NCBI GenBank assembly: GCA_005893225.1
Contig: VBOT01000052.1
Span: 1 to 56,883, forward strand
Length of the DNA stretch: 56,883 nucleotides
Direction of reading: 5' to 3'
From: Candidatus Eiseniibacteriota bacterium
GTDB lineage: Bacteria > Eisenbacteria > RBG-16-71-46
The stretch's first letter is position 1; every line of letters starts with the position of its first letter. Positions 29,665 to 39,016 of this stretch are shown in pieces. Position numbers and translations under genes: made by a program. The notes under the pieces are model-generated. The model saw nothing but the letters and a program-made list of their open reading frames with translations, was not told the DNA's origin and made no database searches.

Positions 29665-32075
29665 TAGGCGGCCTCCGGTGCGGACTGAGCCGGCCGTCTC
29701 CGCCACCAGAACGAGAGCCCCAGGAGCCCGAGCGTGACGACCAGGCACACGACGGAGATCGTGAGCCCGCGCGCGAGGGCCGGCGACCGGAAGCGGAACA
29801 TCACCCGGTGCCTGCCGGCCGGCACCGCCACTGCCCGCAGCAGGTAGTCCGCCCTGAGCACCGCGGTCGGCCGCCCGTCCACCGTGGCGGTCCAGTCCGG
29901 GTACCAGAGATCGGCGAGCCGCACCAGCGCCGGCCCGGGGGTCTCCACCTCGATCGTGACGTCGTTCAGCCGGTAAGACGTGATCTCCGCCCGCGCGCCC
30001 CGGACCGGTCCGAGCCCGAGCTTCGGGTCCTGCTCGAGGAACGTCACCTCGGAGCTCTCGCTGGAGCCGTTCTTCACCGAGTCGAGGATCGCCTTGGCGG
30101 GCGTCACCACCCGGTAGCGTCCCAGCACCGTCACGCGCGGCAGCGCCAGCAGGTTCTCGTAAACGTATCCCGAGCCGGCGAACACCTGTCGCAGCCATGC
30201 CGGCGCGGGCTGCATGGGCTGCGGGGTCACGACGTAGCGGACGTTGAGCAGGCTCAGCCAGCCGAGGTTGTACGGGAGCTGGGCTTCCAGAAAATCTTGG
30301 ACCAGGCGCGGCTTGGCGGCGTGATAACCGCCCAGCGATGCGATGCCGAAGCCCGCGTAGCGGTTGCTCTGGAACTCGAACTCGGGTGGAAGGATGCGGA
30401 AGCTCCCGGGCGGACCCGCCTTCTCGAGGAAGTCGATGACGTCGTCGCGCCCGATCTCGAGGTTGCGCTGCACGGGATCGCCGAGGGCCGACTCCATCAC
30501 GCGGCCGCTCACCGGCCAGAGCTCGACCAGGAGCAGGACCAGGAGCGCGATCGAGGCGGCGGCGGCCGAGAGCTTCGCGCGGCGCGCGAGCCACGCCACG
30601 CCCAGGGCGAGGAGCCCGAGCAGGCCGGCGCGCCCGAGGTCGCCGATGAAGCCGCCGTAGGCGAGGGCCGCGACCTCGGCCGAGAAGGGCTGCCCGGCGG
30701 CCTGGCGATGCGCCACGGCGGCCGCCACGTAGGGCTGCCGCCAGGCGTCCTGCCCCAGCACGCCCACCAGCGTCACCAGCCCGAGGGTCACCCCGAGGAC
30801 GAGGAGCAGCCGGTCCAGGAGGCGGGCGCGCGACGCCTCGCCCGGCCCCCGCTCGATCACCGCGCTCCAGCCCCACCCCAGGCCGAGCGCGGCCGCGAGC
30901 TGGAACAGCACGATCACCATGACCGGGACGCGGAACTTGTTGAACAGCGGCAGGTGGTCGTACAGGAAGCCGTAAAGCGGGAAGTTGCGGCCGAAGGCGA
31001 TCAGGAGTGACAGGATCGCGATCGCCAGCGCGAACAGGCGCGGCGCGCCGCCGGCGAGGAACGCGGCGAGACCGAGGACGAGCGCCACGATCCCGATGTA
31101 GCCGTTCGGGTAGTCGGTGAACGGCATCCCGCCCCAGTAGGTCGAGCCGCCGAAGCCCACCCAGCCCGGAATCACGAACGAGGGAAGCTCGTAGGGCGCG
31201 AGCGACCACTGGGTCGCGTAGTCGATGCCCACGCCTCCCCCGCTCCCGGTCCCACGAATGGAGTAACGCGAGTAGTCGCGCAGCGGCAGGTTGTAGAAGC
31301 CGGCGATCCCGAAGGCCAGCCCCGCGGCCGCGGCCAGGCCGGCCAGTCGCGCCGTATTGCGGAGAAGCTCCGCCGGACGGCGCAGCGCCGCGAGCCACTC
31401 GACCCCGGAGTAGATGCCGATCGCCACCCAGGTGTAGAAGCACACCTGCACGTGGCCGCGCAGCATCTGGAATCCTCCCGCCAGCGCGAGCCAGCCGAGC
31501 GAGGCCCAGCCCCCGCCGCGCATCCAGCGGCTCGCCAGCCACAGCATGAGGGGGATGTAGGCGGAGTCGACGAGCTGGCTCCCGTGGCCGTGCGAGCCGA
31601 TCGCGACCAGGTTCGGCTGGTAGACGAACGCCACCGCTGCGAGCAGCGCCGCCTCGGCGCGAGCGCCCCATTCGCGCGCCAGGAGGAACATGAAGAAGCC
31701 GGCGAGGAAATAGTAGAGCAGCATCCAGGTGAGCTCGGGCAGCGGCAGGATCTTCTGCACGATCGCCACCGGCCAGTCGGGCGGGTAGATGAACGGGTTG
31801 TAGGCGCCGCTCGCGAACGACGGCATGCCGAGGAACACGAACGGGTTCCAGAGCGGATAGACGTGATCGTGGTAGAGCGAGTGCTCGCCGATGCGCACGA
31901 AGCCGGCTGGCTGGGTGGTGTCCGGGGACACGAAGGTCTTGCCGCCCACGATCACGGCGTTGAAGAACAGCACGACCAGGAGCGCCAGGATCACCCCCGC
32001 CCAGCCGGTCGTGAGGCTGAACGGCGGCGAGGGAGCGCGCGTCTCCCGTTTAGCGGTTCGTTTGCGATCGGCCAT
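29664..32075 (-). CDS. YfhO-family membrane protein (GT-C type)
   Basis: PLWNPFVFLGMP, HVQVCFY, YWGGMPFT, NKFRVP, GYHAAK, C-terminal YPDWTATVDG...RADYLLRAVAVPAGRH. Confidence 0.85.
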   Translation of the reverse strand: MADRKRTAKRETRAPSPPFSLTTGWAGVILALLVVLFFNAVIVGGKTFVSPDTTQPAGFVRIGEHSLYHDHVYPLWNPFVFLGMPSFASGAYNPFIYPPDWPVAIVQKILPLPELTWMLLYYFLAGFFMFLLAREWGARAEAALLAAVAFVYQPNLVAIGSHGHGSQLVDSAYIPLMLWLASRWMRGGGWASLGWLALAGGFQMLRGHVQVCFYTWVAIGIYSGVEWLAALRRPAELLRNTARLAGLAAAAGLAFGIAGFYNLPLRDYSRYSIRGTGSGGGVGIDYATQWSLAPYELPSFVIPGWVGFGGSTYWGGMPFTDYPNGYIGIVALVLGLAAFLAGGAPRLFALAIAILSLLIAFGRNFPLYGFLYDHLPLFNKFRVPVMVIVLFQLAAALGLGWGWSAVIERGPGEASRARLLDRLLLVLGVTLGLVTLVGVLGQDAWRQPYVAAAVAHRQAAGQPFSAEVAALAYGGFIGDLGRAGLLGLLALGVAWLARRAKLSAAAASIALLVLLLVELWPVSGRVMESALGDPVQRNLEIGRDDVIDFLEKAGPPGSFRILPPEFEFQSNRYAGFGIASLGGYHAAKPRLVQDFLEAQLPYNLGWLSLLNVRYVVTPQPMQPAPAWLRQVFAGSGYVYENLLALPRVTVLGRYRVVTPAKAILDSVKNGSSESSEVTFLEQDPKLGLGPVRGARAEITSYRLNDVTIEVETPGPALVRLADLWYPDWTATVDGRPTAVLRADYLLRAVAVPAGRHRVMFRFRSPALARGLTISVVCLVVTLGLLGLSFWWRRRPAQSAPEAA

Positions 32076-32099
32076 GCGATCCCAGGCCGGGGTGAGGGG

Positions 32100-33227
32100 T
32101 CAGGAAGCCACGGCGGCCCGCCGCTCGATCTCCCCGACCATGCGCTCCGCCAGGACGCTCCAGTCGTGCGGCCGCGCCAGGGTCCGGAGACGCTCGCTGT
32201 CGCGCGGCCCATCGAGCGCGCGGGCCACCGCCCCGGCCATCTCGGCGGGATCGCGCGCGAAGCTCAGGTGCGGGGGCGCGGGCCTCAAGTCCAGCACCGG
32301 AGTCGTCACCACCGGGACGCCGGCCGCCAGGTACTGGTAGACCTTGTTGGGATTGATACCCTGGACGTACCTGTCGTTCGCCCGGAAAGGGATCACTCCC
32401 ACGTCGAGGGCCTGCATGAAGGCGGGGATCTCCGCGTAGGGTCTGGGCCCCAGCACCGCCACCCCGTCGCGGGCGCCGAGCTCCCGCATCTCCCTCTCGG
32501 TGGCGGGATCGCCCGGGCCCACCAGCACCAGCGTCCCGCCGCGACGCGAGCGCCTGAGGGCCTCCAAGGCCTCGAAGTCGAGGAAGTGGGACATCAGGCC
32601 GACGTAGCCGATCAGCGGGCGCGGGAGTGCCATGAGCTCCGCCGGGACCGGCCGCGGGGCCTCGAAGTGGGACAGCTCGACGCCGTTCCCGATCATCACC
32701 AGGGGAAGGCTCGTCTCGCGGGCGAGCTCGCGGCGGTAGAATTCCGAGACCACGAAGAACACGTCCACCGAGGCAAGCATCCGGCGCCAGTACTCGGCGG
32801 CCCAGCGGGGCGTCCTGGCGAACTGAAACGGACTGTCATTGAAGTCGTAGAATAACAACTTCCTCGGGAGCCGCGAAACGGCTCCGGCGCAGTAGATGTT
32901 CGAGGTCATCACCACCGGGCGGGGCTCGACGCCGAGCCTTCGCAGCATGCGCCCGAGGTAGGCTTCCGCGGCGCGCTCGACCGCGGCGCGCGCGGGCGGG
33001 AGATCGATCAGGCGGTTGTAGAGCGCGCTCGTCGTGCCGGGCTTGAGGAACGGCACCGTGAAGGTGGTGACGTTGCCCTCGCGCCGCGGCCGCCAGGGGT
33101 CGCTCCCGCCCTGGGCCGGCGGCTGGGCAAAGAACACCCGCCATCGCTCCGGGAAGCGCGACAGCAGGAATTGCTTGCGGGTCCGGAAGTAGCCCCAGCG
33201 CACCTCGGAGAGGACGACCAAGTCCAC
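32100..33227 (-). CDS. Glycosyltransferase (GT4/TuaH-like)
   Basis: W...TRKQFLL, NGVE, IGYVG, GPRPYAEIP, DVGVIPF, NPNKVYQYLAAGVPVV. Confidence 0.85.
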   Translation of the reverse strand: MDLVVLSEVRWGYFRTRKQFLLSRFPERWRVFFAQPPAQGGSDPWRPRREGNVTTFTVPFLKPGTTSALYNRLIDLPPARAAVERAAEAYLGRMLRRLGVEPRPVVMTSNIYCAGAVSRLPRKLLFYDFNDSPFQFARTPRWAAEYWRRMLASVDVFFVVSEFYRRELARETSLPLVMIGNGVELSHFEAPRPVPAELMALPRPLIGYVGLMSHFLDFEALEALRRSRRGGTLVLVGPGDPATEREMRELGARDGVAVLGPRPYAEIPAFMQALDVGVIPFRANDRYVQGINPNKVYQYLAAGVPVVTTPVLDLRPAPPHLSFARDPAEMAGAVARALDGPRDSERLRTLARPHDWSVLAERMVGEIERRAAVAS

Positions 33228-33229
33228 TA

Positions 33230-33374
33230 GCAGGCTTCTGAAAGCCGGCGCCTGCCGGGCACCCGGCCGTCAGGCCGGGTCGGGCTTCGTCGCTCCTCGT
33301 TGCGACGTATCTTGCAGATACGACTCACTCGTCGCTCCTCGCCGCCTGGCAGGCGTCGGCCTTCAGAAGCCTGC
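33230..33374. mobile_element. 145-bp MITE/REP-like element with 31-bp terminal inverted repeats
   Basis: 33230-33260 and 33344-33374 are 28/31 complementary; internal hairpins at 33261-33280 and 33306-33322; 13-bp direct repeat at 33287 and 33329; no coding capacity. Confidence 0.65.
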
Positions 33375-35453
33375 AGCCCCAGCCGGCTGGCGGAGCGACG
33401 CGCCCGATCGCGGCTGGTGGTGCAGGGAGAGCACCCACGGGGAGGGGGCGGTGAGCCGCGGATCGCCGACGATGAAGCGTCGCGCCCAGGAGTCGAGGGA
33501 AAGCCAGCGCCAGACCTGGAGCCCGATCGGACGCCGGCCGGCGAGGTAATCGTCCAGCTCGCGGCCGAGCACCACCGGGTCGAGCCAATCGTGCAACGGC
33601 CCCACCGAGAGCAGCCGGCGCCTCAGCTCCCCGGCGAACCTCCCTCGCAGCCACAGGTCGGAGGGGGTCTCGAAGCCCATCTTGTCGCGGCGCTCGAGCA
33701 CCGGGCTGGGAATCCGGTCGCCCAGACTGCGCCTCAGGATCGCCTTCGTGGTGGTCCCCTCCAGGCGCTGCTCGTCGGGCAGCGAGAACACGAACTCCAC
33801 CAGGCGGTAGTCGAGGAACGGGAGCCGGGTCTCGATCGAGAACGCCATGCTGTTCCGATCCTCGTAACGCAGCAGCGAGGGAAGCAGTCGCTGGAGCGTG
33901 TCGAAGGCGAGCTGGCGCGAGAGCGCGCTCGGGAACTCGGCCGGGGGCCGGGGAGGGCCCGAGCCCGGCCGGCGAGCGGCGCGCAGCGCCGCGGAGAGCG
34001 CGCGATCCTTGCCCTGCCCGAAGCGCCGCCGCAGGGCGCCAACCAGGGTTCCCGGCAGCCACGGCTCGAGGGTCAGGGCGAGCGTCGTGGCCCATCCGAG
34101 CCGGTCGGCCACCGGCCCGACGAGCCTCCGGAACTCGGCCAGCCTCCCGCTCGCGAGCAGGTCGCGCAGCCGGATCGGGAGGTAGCGGAAGTAGCCGGCC
34201 AGGGTCTCGTCGCCGCCCTGGCCGTCGAGCAGCACCTTGAGCCCCGCCCGGTGTGCCAGCTCCATCACCTTCCACTGCGAGTAGAGCCCGGGCCCCGCCG
34301 TCGGCTCGTCCTGCGCGGCGGTGAGCCGGTCGAAGACCGACCAGAAGTCCCCGCCGTCGGGCACGGCGAGGTGCGAGACCGCGCCGGTCGCCTCGGTCAC
34401 CGCGCGCACGTAGCGGCGCTCGTCGTACGCAGGCCCCTCGTTGTAGGCGCAGGTGAACGCGTGCAGCGGCCGTCCGGCGAGGCGCGAGGCGGTGGTCACC
34501 ACCGCGCTCGAGTCGATGCCGCCGGACAGGCAGGATCCCACCTCGACGTCGGCGCGCAGCCGGAGCGAGACCGAGTCGGTGAACAGCTCGGCGAAGCGCC
34601 GCGACCAATCCTCCGGCCCACCCTCGGCGCGCGCGGCCGAGTCGATGCGCCACCAGCGCTCGATCCTCAGGCCGTTCTCGCCCACGGCGAGCCAGTGGCC
34701 GGCGGGAAGCTGCCAGAGCCCGTCGAAGAACGTGTGCGCCTCGTGGTCCACCCAGTCCAGGGCCAGGAGGTCGAACACCGCCTCGAGGCGCGCGGCGATC
34801 GGCCGCCCCTGGGTGAGCACCAGCGCCTTGGGCTCGGAGGCGAACGCGAAGCGCTCCCCGTCCCACTGGTAGTAGAAGGGCTTGACCCCCAGGCGATCGC
34901 GGGCGCAGAAGAGCTCGCGCAGGCGGCCGTCCCAAATCGCGAACGCGAACATCCCGTTGAGCAGCGAGAGGCACTCGCGCCCGTGACGCCGGTAGGCGGC
35001 GAGGATCGCCTCCGTATCGCTCGTGCTCTGGAAGCGCTCCCCCTCGCGCTCGAGCTCCGAGCGCAGCTCGACGTGGTTGTAGACCTCGCCGTTGTAGGTG
35101 ATCCAGCACTCGCCGAGCGAGTCGCACATCGGCCCGTGCCCGCCGGGGCTCAGGTCGACGATCGCGAGGCGCCGGTTGACCAGGCCCACCTCGAAGCGCG
35201 CCTCCCCCGGGCCGTTCGCGCGCACCGCTCCGGTGCCGGTCGAGACCCAGCGTCCCGGGGCGTAACGGTGCGCGCTCTCGAACACCGCGGACGGCGTGTC
35301 GGGTCCGCCCAGGGTCAGAGCCCCGATCCGCGGGTCGATCAGCGCGAGCCCCTCGTCGTCGGGTCCGCGATGCCGCAGCAGCCGGGACATGTGATGCAGC
35401 CGGCCGATGTCGACCCGGTGACGGGGCTGGTACTCGCCGGCAATGCCGCACAT
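33363..35453 (-). CDS. asnB: Asparagine synthase-like glutamine amidotransferase (probably glycan amidation)
   Basis: MCGIAG (Ntn Cys), HRGPD, NGEVYN, ARDRLGVKPFYY, LSGGIDSS, LDGQGGDE, DRNSMAFSIETRLPFLD, KMGF. Confidence 0.93.
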   Translation of the reverse strand: MCGIAGEYQPRHRVDIGRLHHMSRLLRHRGPDDEGLALIDPRIGALTLGGPDTPSAVFESAHRYAPGRWVSTGTGAVRANGPGEARFEVGLVNRRLAIVDLSPGGHGPMCDSLGECWITYNGEVYNHVELRSELEREGERFQSTSDTEAILAAYRRHGRECLSLLNGMFAFAIWDGRLRELFCARDRLGVKPFYYQWDGERFAFASEPKALVLTQGRPIAARLEAVFDLLALDWVDHEAHTFFDGLWQLPAGHWLAVGENGLRIERWWRIDSAARAEGGPEDWSRRFAELFTDSVSLRLRADVEVGSCLSGGIDSSAVVTTASRLAGRPLHAFTCAYNEGPAYDERRYVRAVTEATGAVSHLAVPDGGDFWSVFDRLTAAQDEPTAGPGLYSQWKVMELAHRAGLKVLLDGQGGDETLAGYFRYLPIRLRDLLASGRLAEFRRLVGPVADRLGWATTLALTLEPWLPGTLVGALRRRFGQGKDRALSAALRAARRPGSGPPRPPAEFPSALSRQLAFDTLQRLLPSLLRYEDRNSMAFSIETRLPFLDYRLVEFVFSLPDEQRLEGTTTKAILRRSLGDRIPSPVLERRDKMGFETPSDLWLRGRFAGELRRRLLSVGPLHDWLDPVVLGRELDDYLAGRRPIGLQVWRWLSLDSWARRFIVGDPRLTAPSPWVLSLHHQPRSGASLRQPAGAAGF

Positions 35454-35473
35454 GATGAGACTTCCTCTCTGGG

Positions 35474-36946
35474 CTAGTGTCGCGTACCGGAGGCGGCGTG
35501 CCCCGCGTCGGTCCAGTCCGGGGCCACCGCGCCGCGCTCCTTCCAGACCTCGAGCCGCATGCACACCCAGCCAAACCCGGCAGCCACCGCCAGCTTGAGC
35601 ATCACTCCCGCGGCGCCAGGCGGGGCCCACCGGTGCAGAGCAAGCGCCAGGGCCAAGGCGAGCGCGAACAGCGACGCGAGCCGCGCGCCGCGATAGGGGA
35701 ACGGGTGCACGCGCTGGGCGATCGCGTACGTCAGCGCCGCCACGGTCGCGTAGCCGAGGAAGGTGGCCACCGCGGCGCCGGGAGCCCCGAAGCGAGGCGT
35801 CAGGACCATGTGGGCCGCGATCGCCGCCAGCGCCCCTCCCCCGGCGCACAGGCCGAGCAGCGGTGTCTTGAGCGCGAGACCGATCCCGATCGCCGCGACA
35901 GTGTAGGCGCCGAGCGCGACCGCCGCAAAGGCCAGCCAGAGCACCGGGAAGGCGGCGTCGCGATACATGGCGGGGACCGCCACGGCGAGCACGTCGGGCG
36001 CGAAGGTGGCCACCAGCAGGGCGCCCAGCGAAGCCACCGCCATGTAGGCCCCGAGCACGCGAGCGAACAGCCGCGGCGCCTCGGGAGTCCCGGCGCGCGC
36101 GTAGGCGAACGGGCCGTAGGCGAGCTGGAAGGCCGAGGCCGCCATGGTCACGACGGCGAAGAACTTCAGCGCCACGGCGTAGACCGCGAGCTCCTCGACG
36201 GTGCGGGTGCGCTGGAGCACGTAGCCGTCGACGCCGGAGATCAGGGCGAAACCGAACGCCGCCGGCACGGTGGGGATGCCGTAGGAGAGCATGCGGCGGA
36301 GCGCCGGGCGGCTGAAGCGCGGCCGCACGGCGTGGCGGATGAGCACCAGCCCGAGCACGGCGCAGGCCGCGTCGCCCGCGAGGCGGCCGTAGAGCACTCC
36401 CACGACGTCGAGGTGGCGCCGCAGCACCAGGAACAGCGAGACCGAGGCGATCAGCGTGGTCTGGGTGATGTTCAGGGCGATGAACTTCCACGGCTGAAAG
36501 GTGACGCGAAGGACGTCGTTCGCGAACATCACGAGCAGCGTGAAGGGCAGCGTCATGGCTCCGATCATCAGGTACTTGCGGTAGGCCTGGCCGCCCAGCA
36601 GGCGGTCGGCGAGCGGGGCGGCGAGCGTGGCGGCGAGGGCCGCCACGGCGGCCGAGGTGGCGAGGCGGAAGACCAGCGAGCTCGACACCATGCGGATGCG
36701 GGCCTCGCGGTCGGGCTCGTGGTAGAAGAAGCGGGCGAGCGCCCCGTCCATGCCGAGCACCAGGATCAGGATGGCGGTCTGGGAGTAGCGGATGACGAGC
36801 TCCGAGATCCCGAAGGCGCCGGGGGTGAGGGCGCGGGTGAGCATGGGCACGAGCAGGAGCTGGACGGCGCGGCCGCCGACCTGGCCGAGCCCGTAGACGG
36901 CGGACTCGGTGGTGAGGCGCTTCAGGGCTTCACGCATGGGTGCCAT
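35474..36946 (-). CDS. Wzx-like oligosaccharide flippase (MOP superfamily)
   Basis: LKRLTTESAVYGLGQV, LLVPMLTRAL, LGMDGALARFF, MLSYGIP, FGAPGAAVAT; about 12-14 TMs. Confidence 0.85.
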   Translation of the reverse strand: MAPMREALKRLTTESAVYGLGQVGGRAVQLLLVPMLTRALTPGAFGISELVIRYSQTAILILVLGMDGALARFFYHEPDREARIRMVSSSLVFRLATSAAVAALAATLAAPLADRLLGGQAYRKYLMIGAMTLPFTLLVMFANDVLRVTFQPWKFIALNITQTTLIASVSLFLVLRRHLDVVGVLYGRLAGDAACAVLGLVLIRHAVRPRFSRPALRRMLSYGIPTVPAAFGFALISGVDGYVLQRTRTVEELAVYAVALKFFAVVTMAASAFQLAYGPFAYARAGTPEAPRLFARVLGAYMAVASLGALLVATFAPDVLAVAVPAMYRDAAFPVLWLAFAAVALGAYTVAAIGIGLALKTPLLGLCAGGGALAAIAAHMVLTPRFGAPGAAVATFLGYATVAALTYAIAQRVHPFPYRGARLASLFALALALALALHRWAPPGAAGVMLKLAVAAGFGWVCMRLEVWKERGAVAPDWTDAGHAASGTRH

Positions 36947-37004
36947 CTTTCGCGGGTCCGGGGCTGGGCCTCCGCGGTCTGGGCCACTCCGCCTTTCGCC
37001 TCCG

Positions 37005-37844
37005 TCACCGCGGTCTCCCGAGCGGGTTCTCGCGGCCGCACCAGGGGCAGGTCCAGCGCTGGGGCCATGGGTTCACCGCCTCGATCACGCTGTGCTCGCC
37101 GCACTCGCGGCACACGTGGGTGACGCGTCGCACCCCTTTCGCACCGATCTTGCGGAACGCCAGGACGTAGTTCGCGTCCTTCGCGAGATCGATGCCGAGA
37201 GTGCGGTGGAGCCACGCCACGAGGTCCGTGAACGGGCCCTGGAGCGGCTTGGTGCGCGGGTCGTTCATCCACGAGAAGCCCGCCGGCACGCGGGCCTGGG
37301 CCGACAGCTCGAAGCCGCGCGCGTAGAAGAGGTCGACGAGCTTCGAGAGATCGAAGCGCTGCTGGTGCTCGATCCTCTTTTGGAGCTTGAGCAGCGCGTA
37401 CTTGGCGAAGTAGCCGGCGAGGCGGTAGAGCCGGTCGTCGAACGACGCCGAGCGCGGCACCGAGAGGTAGAGCGTGCCGCCGCGCCGGGTGACGCGCGCG
37501 AGCTCGTCGCAGCAGGGCTCGAGCGCCGTCACGTGTTCGAGCACGTAGTGGCAGATCGTGAGGTCGAAGGTCTCGTCGCGAAACGGGAGCCGAGCGAGAT
37601 CGGCGCGCAGGATCGCCGCGTTCGGGGCGCGAGGCGGAGGTCCGGGCGGGAACTTGATGTCGAAGCCGGTGACGCAGAGGTCGTGCCGCCGCGCGTAGGG
37701 CCACGAGCCGGGACCGCAGCCAGCGTCCAGCACTCGAGCGCCGGGCGGGGCCGCTTCGATCAACTCGTGGAGGAAGAGCGGCGGCTCGCCGGGGGCGCGC
37801 GTCGGCTTCCGGGCGGTCAGGCCTGTCAACGGGGCCCGCTCCAT
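37005..37844 (-). CDS. Class I SAM methyltransferase with C-terminal zinc ribbon
   Basis: VLDAGCGPG, LPFRDETFD, VLEHV, RVTRRGG; C-terminal CREC...CPWC; start uncertain (ATG 37844 or TTG 37829). Confidence 0.8.
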   Translation of the reverse strand: MERAPLTGLTARKPTRAPGEPPLFLHELIEAAPPGARVLDAGCGPGSWPYARRHDLCVTGFDIKFPPGPPPRAPNAAILRADLARLPFRDETFDLTICHYVLEHVTALEPCCDELARVTRRGGTLYLSVPRSASFDDRLYRLAGYFAKYALLKLQKRIEHQQRFDLSKLVDLFYARGFELSAQARVPAGFSWMNDPRTKPLQGPFTDLVAWLHRTLGIDLAKDANYVLAFRKIGAKGVRRVTHVCRECGEHSVIEAVNPWPQRWTCPWCGRENPLGRPR

Positions 37845-39016
37845 TCGATGACCGGGATCGAGCACACGGGTGAGCCGTCCCCGGTCCCTCCCTCGTCGGG
37901 CTGCCGAGCGGCTGCAGCGGCCCGCTCACGAGCCTCGCCCACCTTGCGCAACGCCTTTGCGCGAGCTTCGGCCCGCGCCCGCTGGGCCTCGTGTCGTTTG
38001 TGTCGCATGAAATCCACCCCGAACGTACACTCCGCCTCGAACTGGTTGTGGCCGCGGCACCGCAGCCGGATGTTCTCCACCGTCGCCTCGCCCCCGCGTG
38101 CGACCTCCTCACCGTGATCGAACTCCAAGAACTTGCGCGCCGCGCAACGGTGACCGGCCGGGCCGACGAACGTGCACTGCCCTCCGTCCCGCTCCCAGAC
38201 GGCGCGCTTGACAGCCGCCGGGATGTGCCGGTTGCTCACGCTCGAGCGCCTCCGGCTCGCGCGCGGCTTGTCGGTGGCCGCGAACTTGGTCTTCTCGAGC
38301 TTGGCGATGAGCGCATCGAGCGCGCGGTCCAGTACCTCGGCGACATCCCCGGAAGGGGCTTGGTGGCTCAGCAAGGCCTGCGCGTACCGAAGCTTGTCGT
38401 GCGTGCTTCGCCCGATGGTGAGTTGCAACAGGAAACGCTCGGGGGCAACCGGCGCCACCTTCGGTCGCGGGGCAAGTTGCTCGACCTGTGGAGCTGCAGG
38501 CGGGTCGGCCTGTGCCTCGACACGCTCCGCCACTTGCCCCGGGGCAAGTTGCTCGTCACCTGGTGGCCGTTCCGGCGGAATGGCCTGCGCCAGGGCAAGC
38601 GTTTCCGATCGCGGGAAGCGCGCCGCGAGCAGCGCCTCGATCTCGGCTTTGGTCTTGTAAGTCGCGGCTTTCAGGAGCCCGTCCGCGTTCTCAGGAGTCA
38701 GGTAGGGGGCCAGCATGCACGCTGCACTGAGATGCAGGCGTCCTTCCGCCACAGCGTCGAAGATGGCGGGGAACTTGCGTGCCGCGCGCGCCGCCTGGAT
38801 TCGCTTATAGGCGGCATCCTCTGACAGGTGCTGCTCCTGGACGCAGAAGGCGAACATCGAAGGGTACCCCGCCGGCAGGTACAGTCGCCGGGAGTCGACC
38901 TCGGCGATGTGTGCCAGGATTTCTGCAGTCCGGGTGCACTCTTGTGCGAGGAGTGCCGCGAAACCATGAAGCAAAGCTTGATCGGTGAGATGGACGAGCG
39001 AATAGGGACGAGCCAT
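37826..39016 (-). CDS. HNH endonuclease with long helical N-terminal region (DUF222-like architecture)
   Basis: RHIPAAVKRAVWERDGGQC...C...EFDH...GG...N...CRGHN HNH motif; N-terminus LAHIAEVDSRRLYLPAGYPSMFAFC; many more A/T third codon positions than flanking genes. Confidence 0.85.
   Translation of the reverse strand: MARPYSLVHLTDQALLHGFAALLAQECTRTAEILAHIAEVDSRRLYLPAGYPSMFAFCVQEQHLSEDAAYKRIQAARAARKFPAIFDAVAEGRLHLSAACMLAPYLTPENADGLLKAATYKTKAEIEALLAARFPRSETLALAQAIPPERPPGDEQLAPGQVAERVEAQADPPAAPQVEQLAPRPKVAPVAPERFLLQLTIGRSTHDKLRYAQALLSHQAPSGDVAEVLDRALDALIAKLEKTKFAATDKPRASRRRSSVSNRHIPAAVKRAVWERDGGQCTFVGPAGHRCAARKFLEFDHGEEVARGGEATVENIRLRCRGHNQFEAECTFGVDFMRHKRHEAQRARAEARAKALRKVGEARERAAAAARQPDEGGTGDGSPVCSIPVIEWSGPR

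Noticed and set aside
33230-33374. CRISPR array or tRNA interpretation of the repeat/hairpin element
   Set aside because: Only two 13-bp direct repeats, no spacer series and no cas genes; no tRNA T-loop or anticodon-arm pattern.
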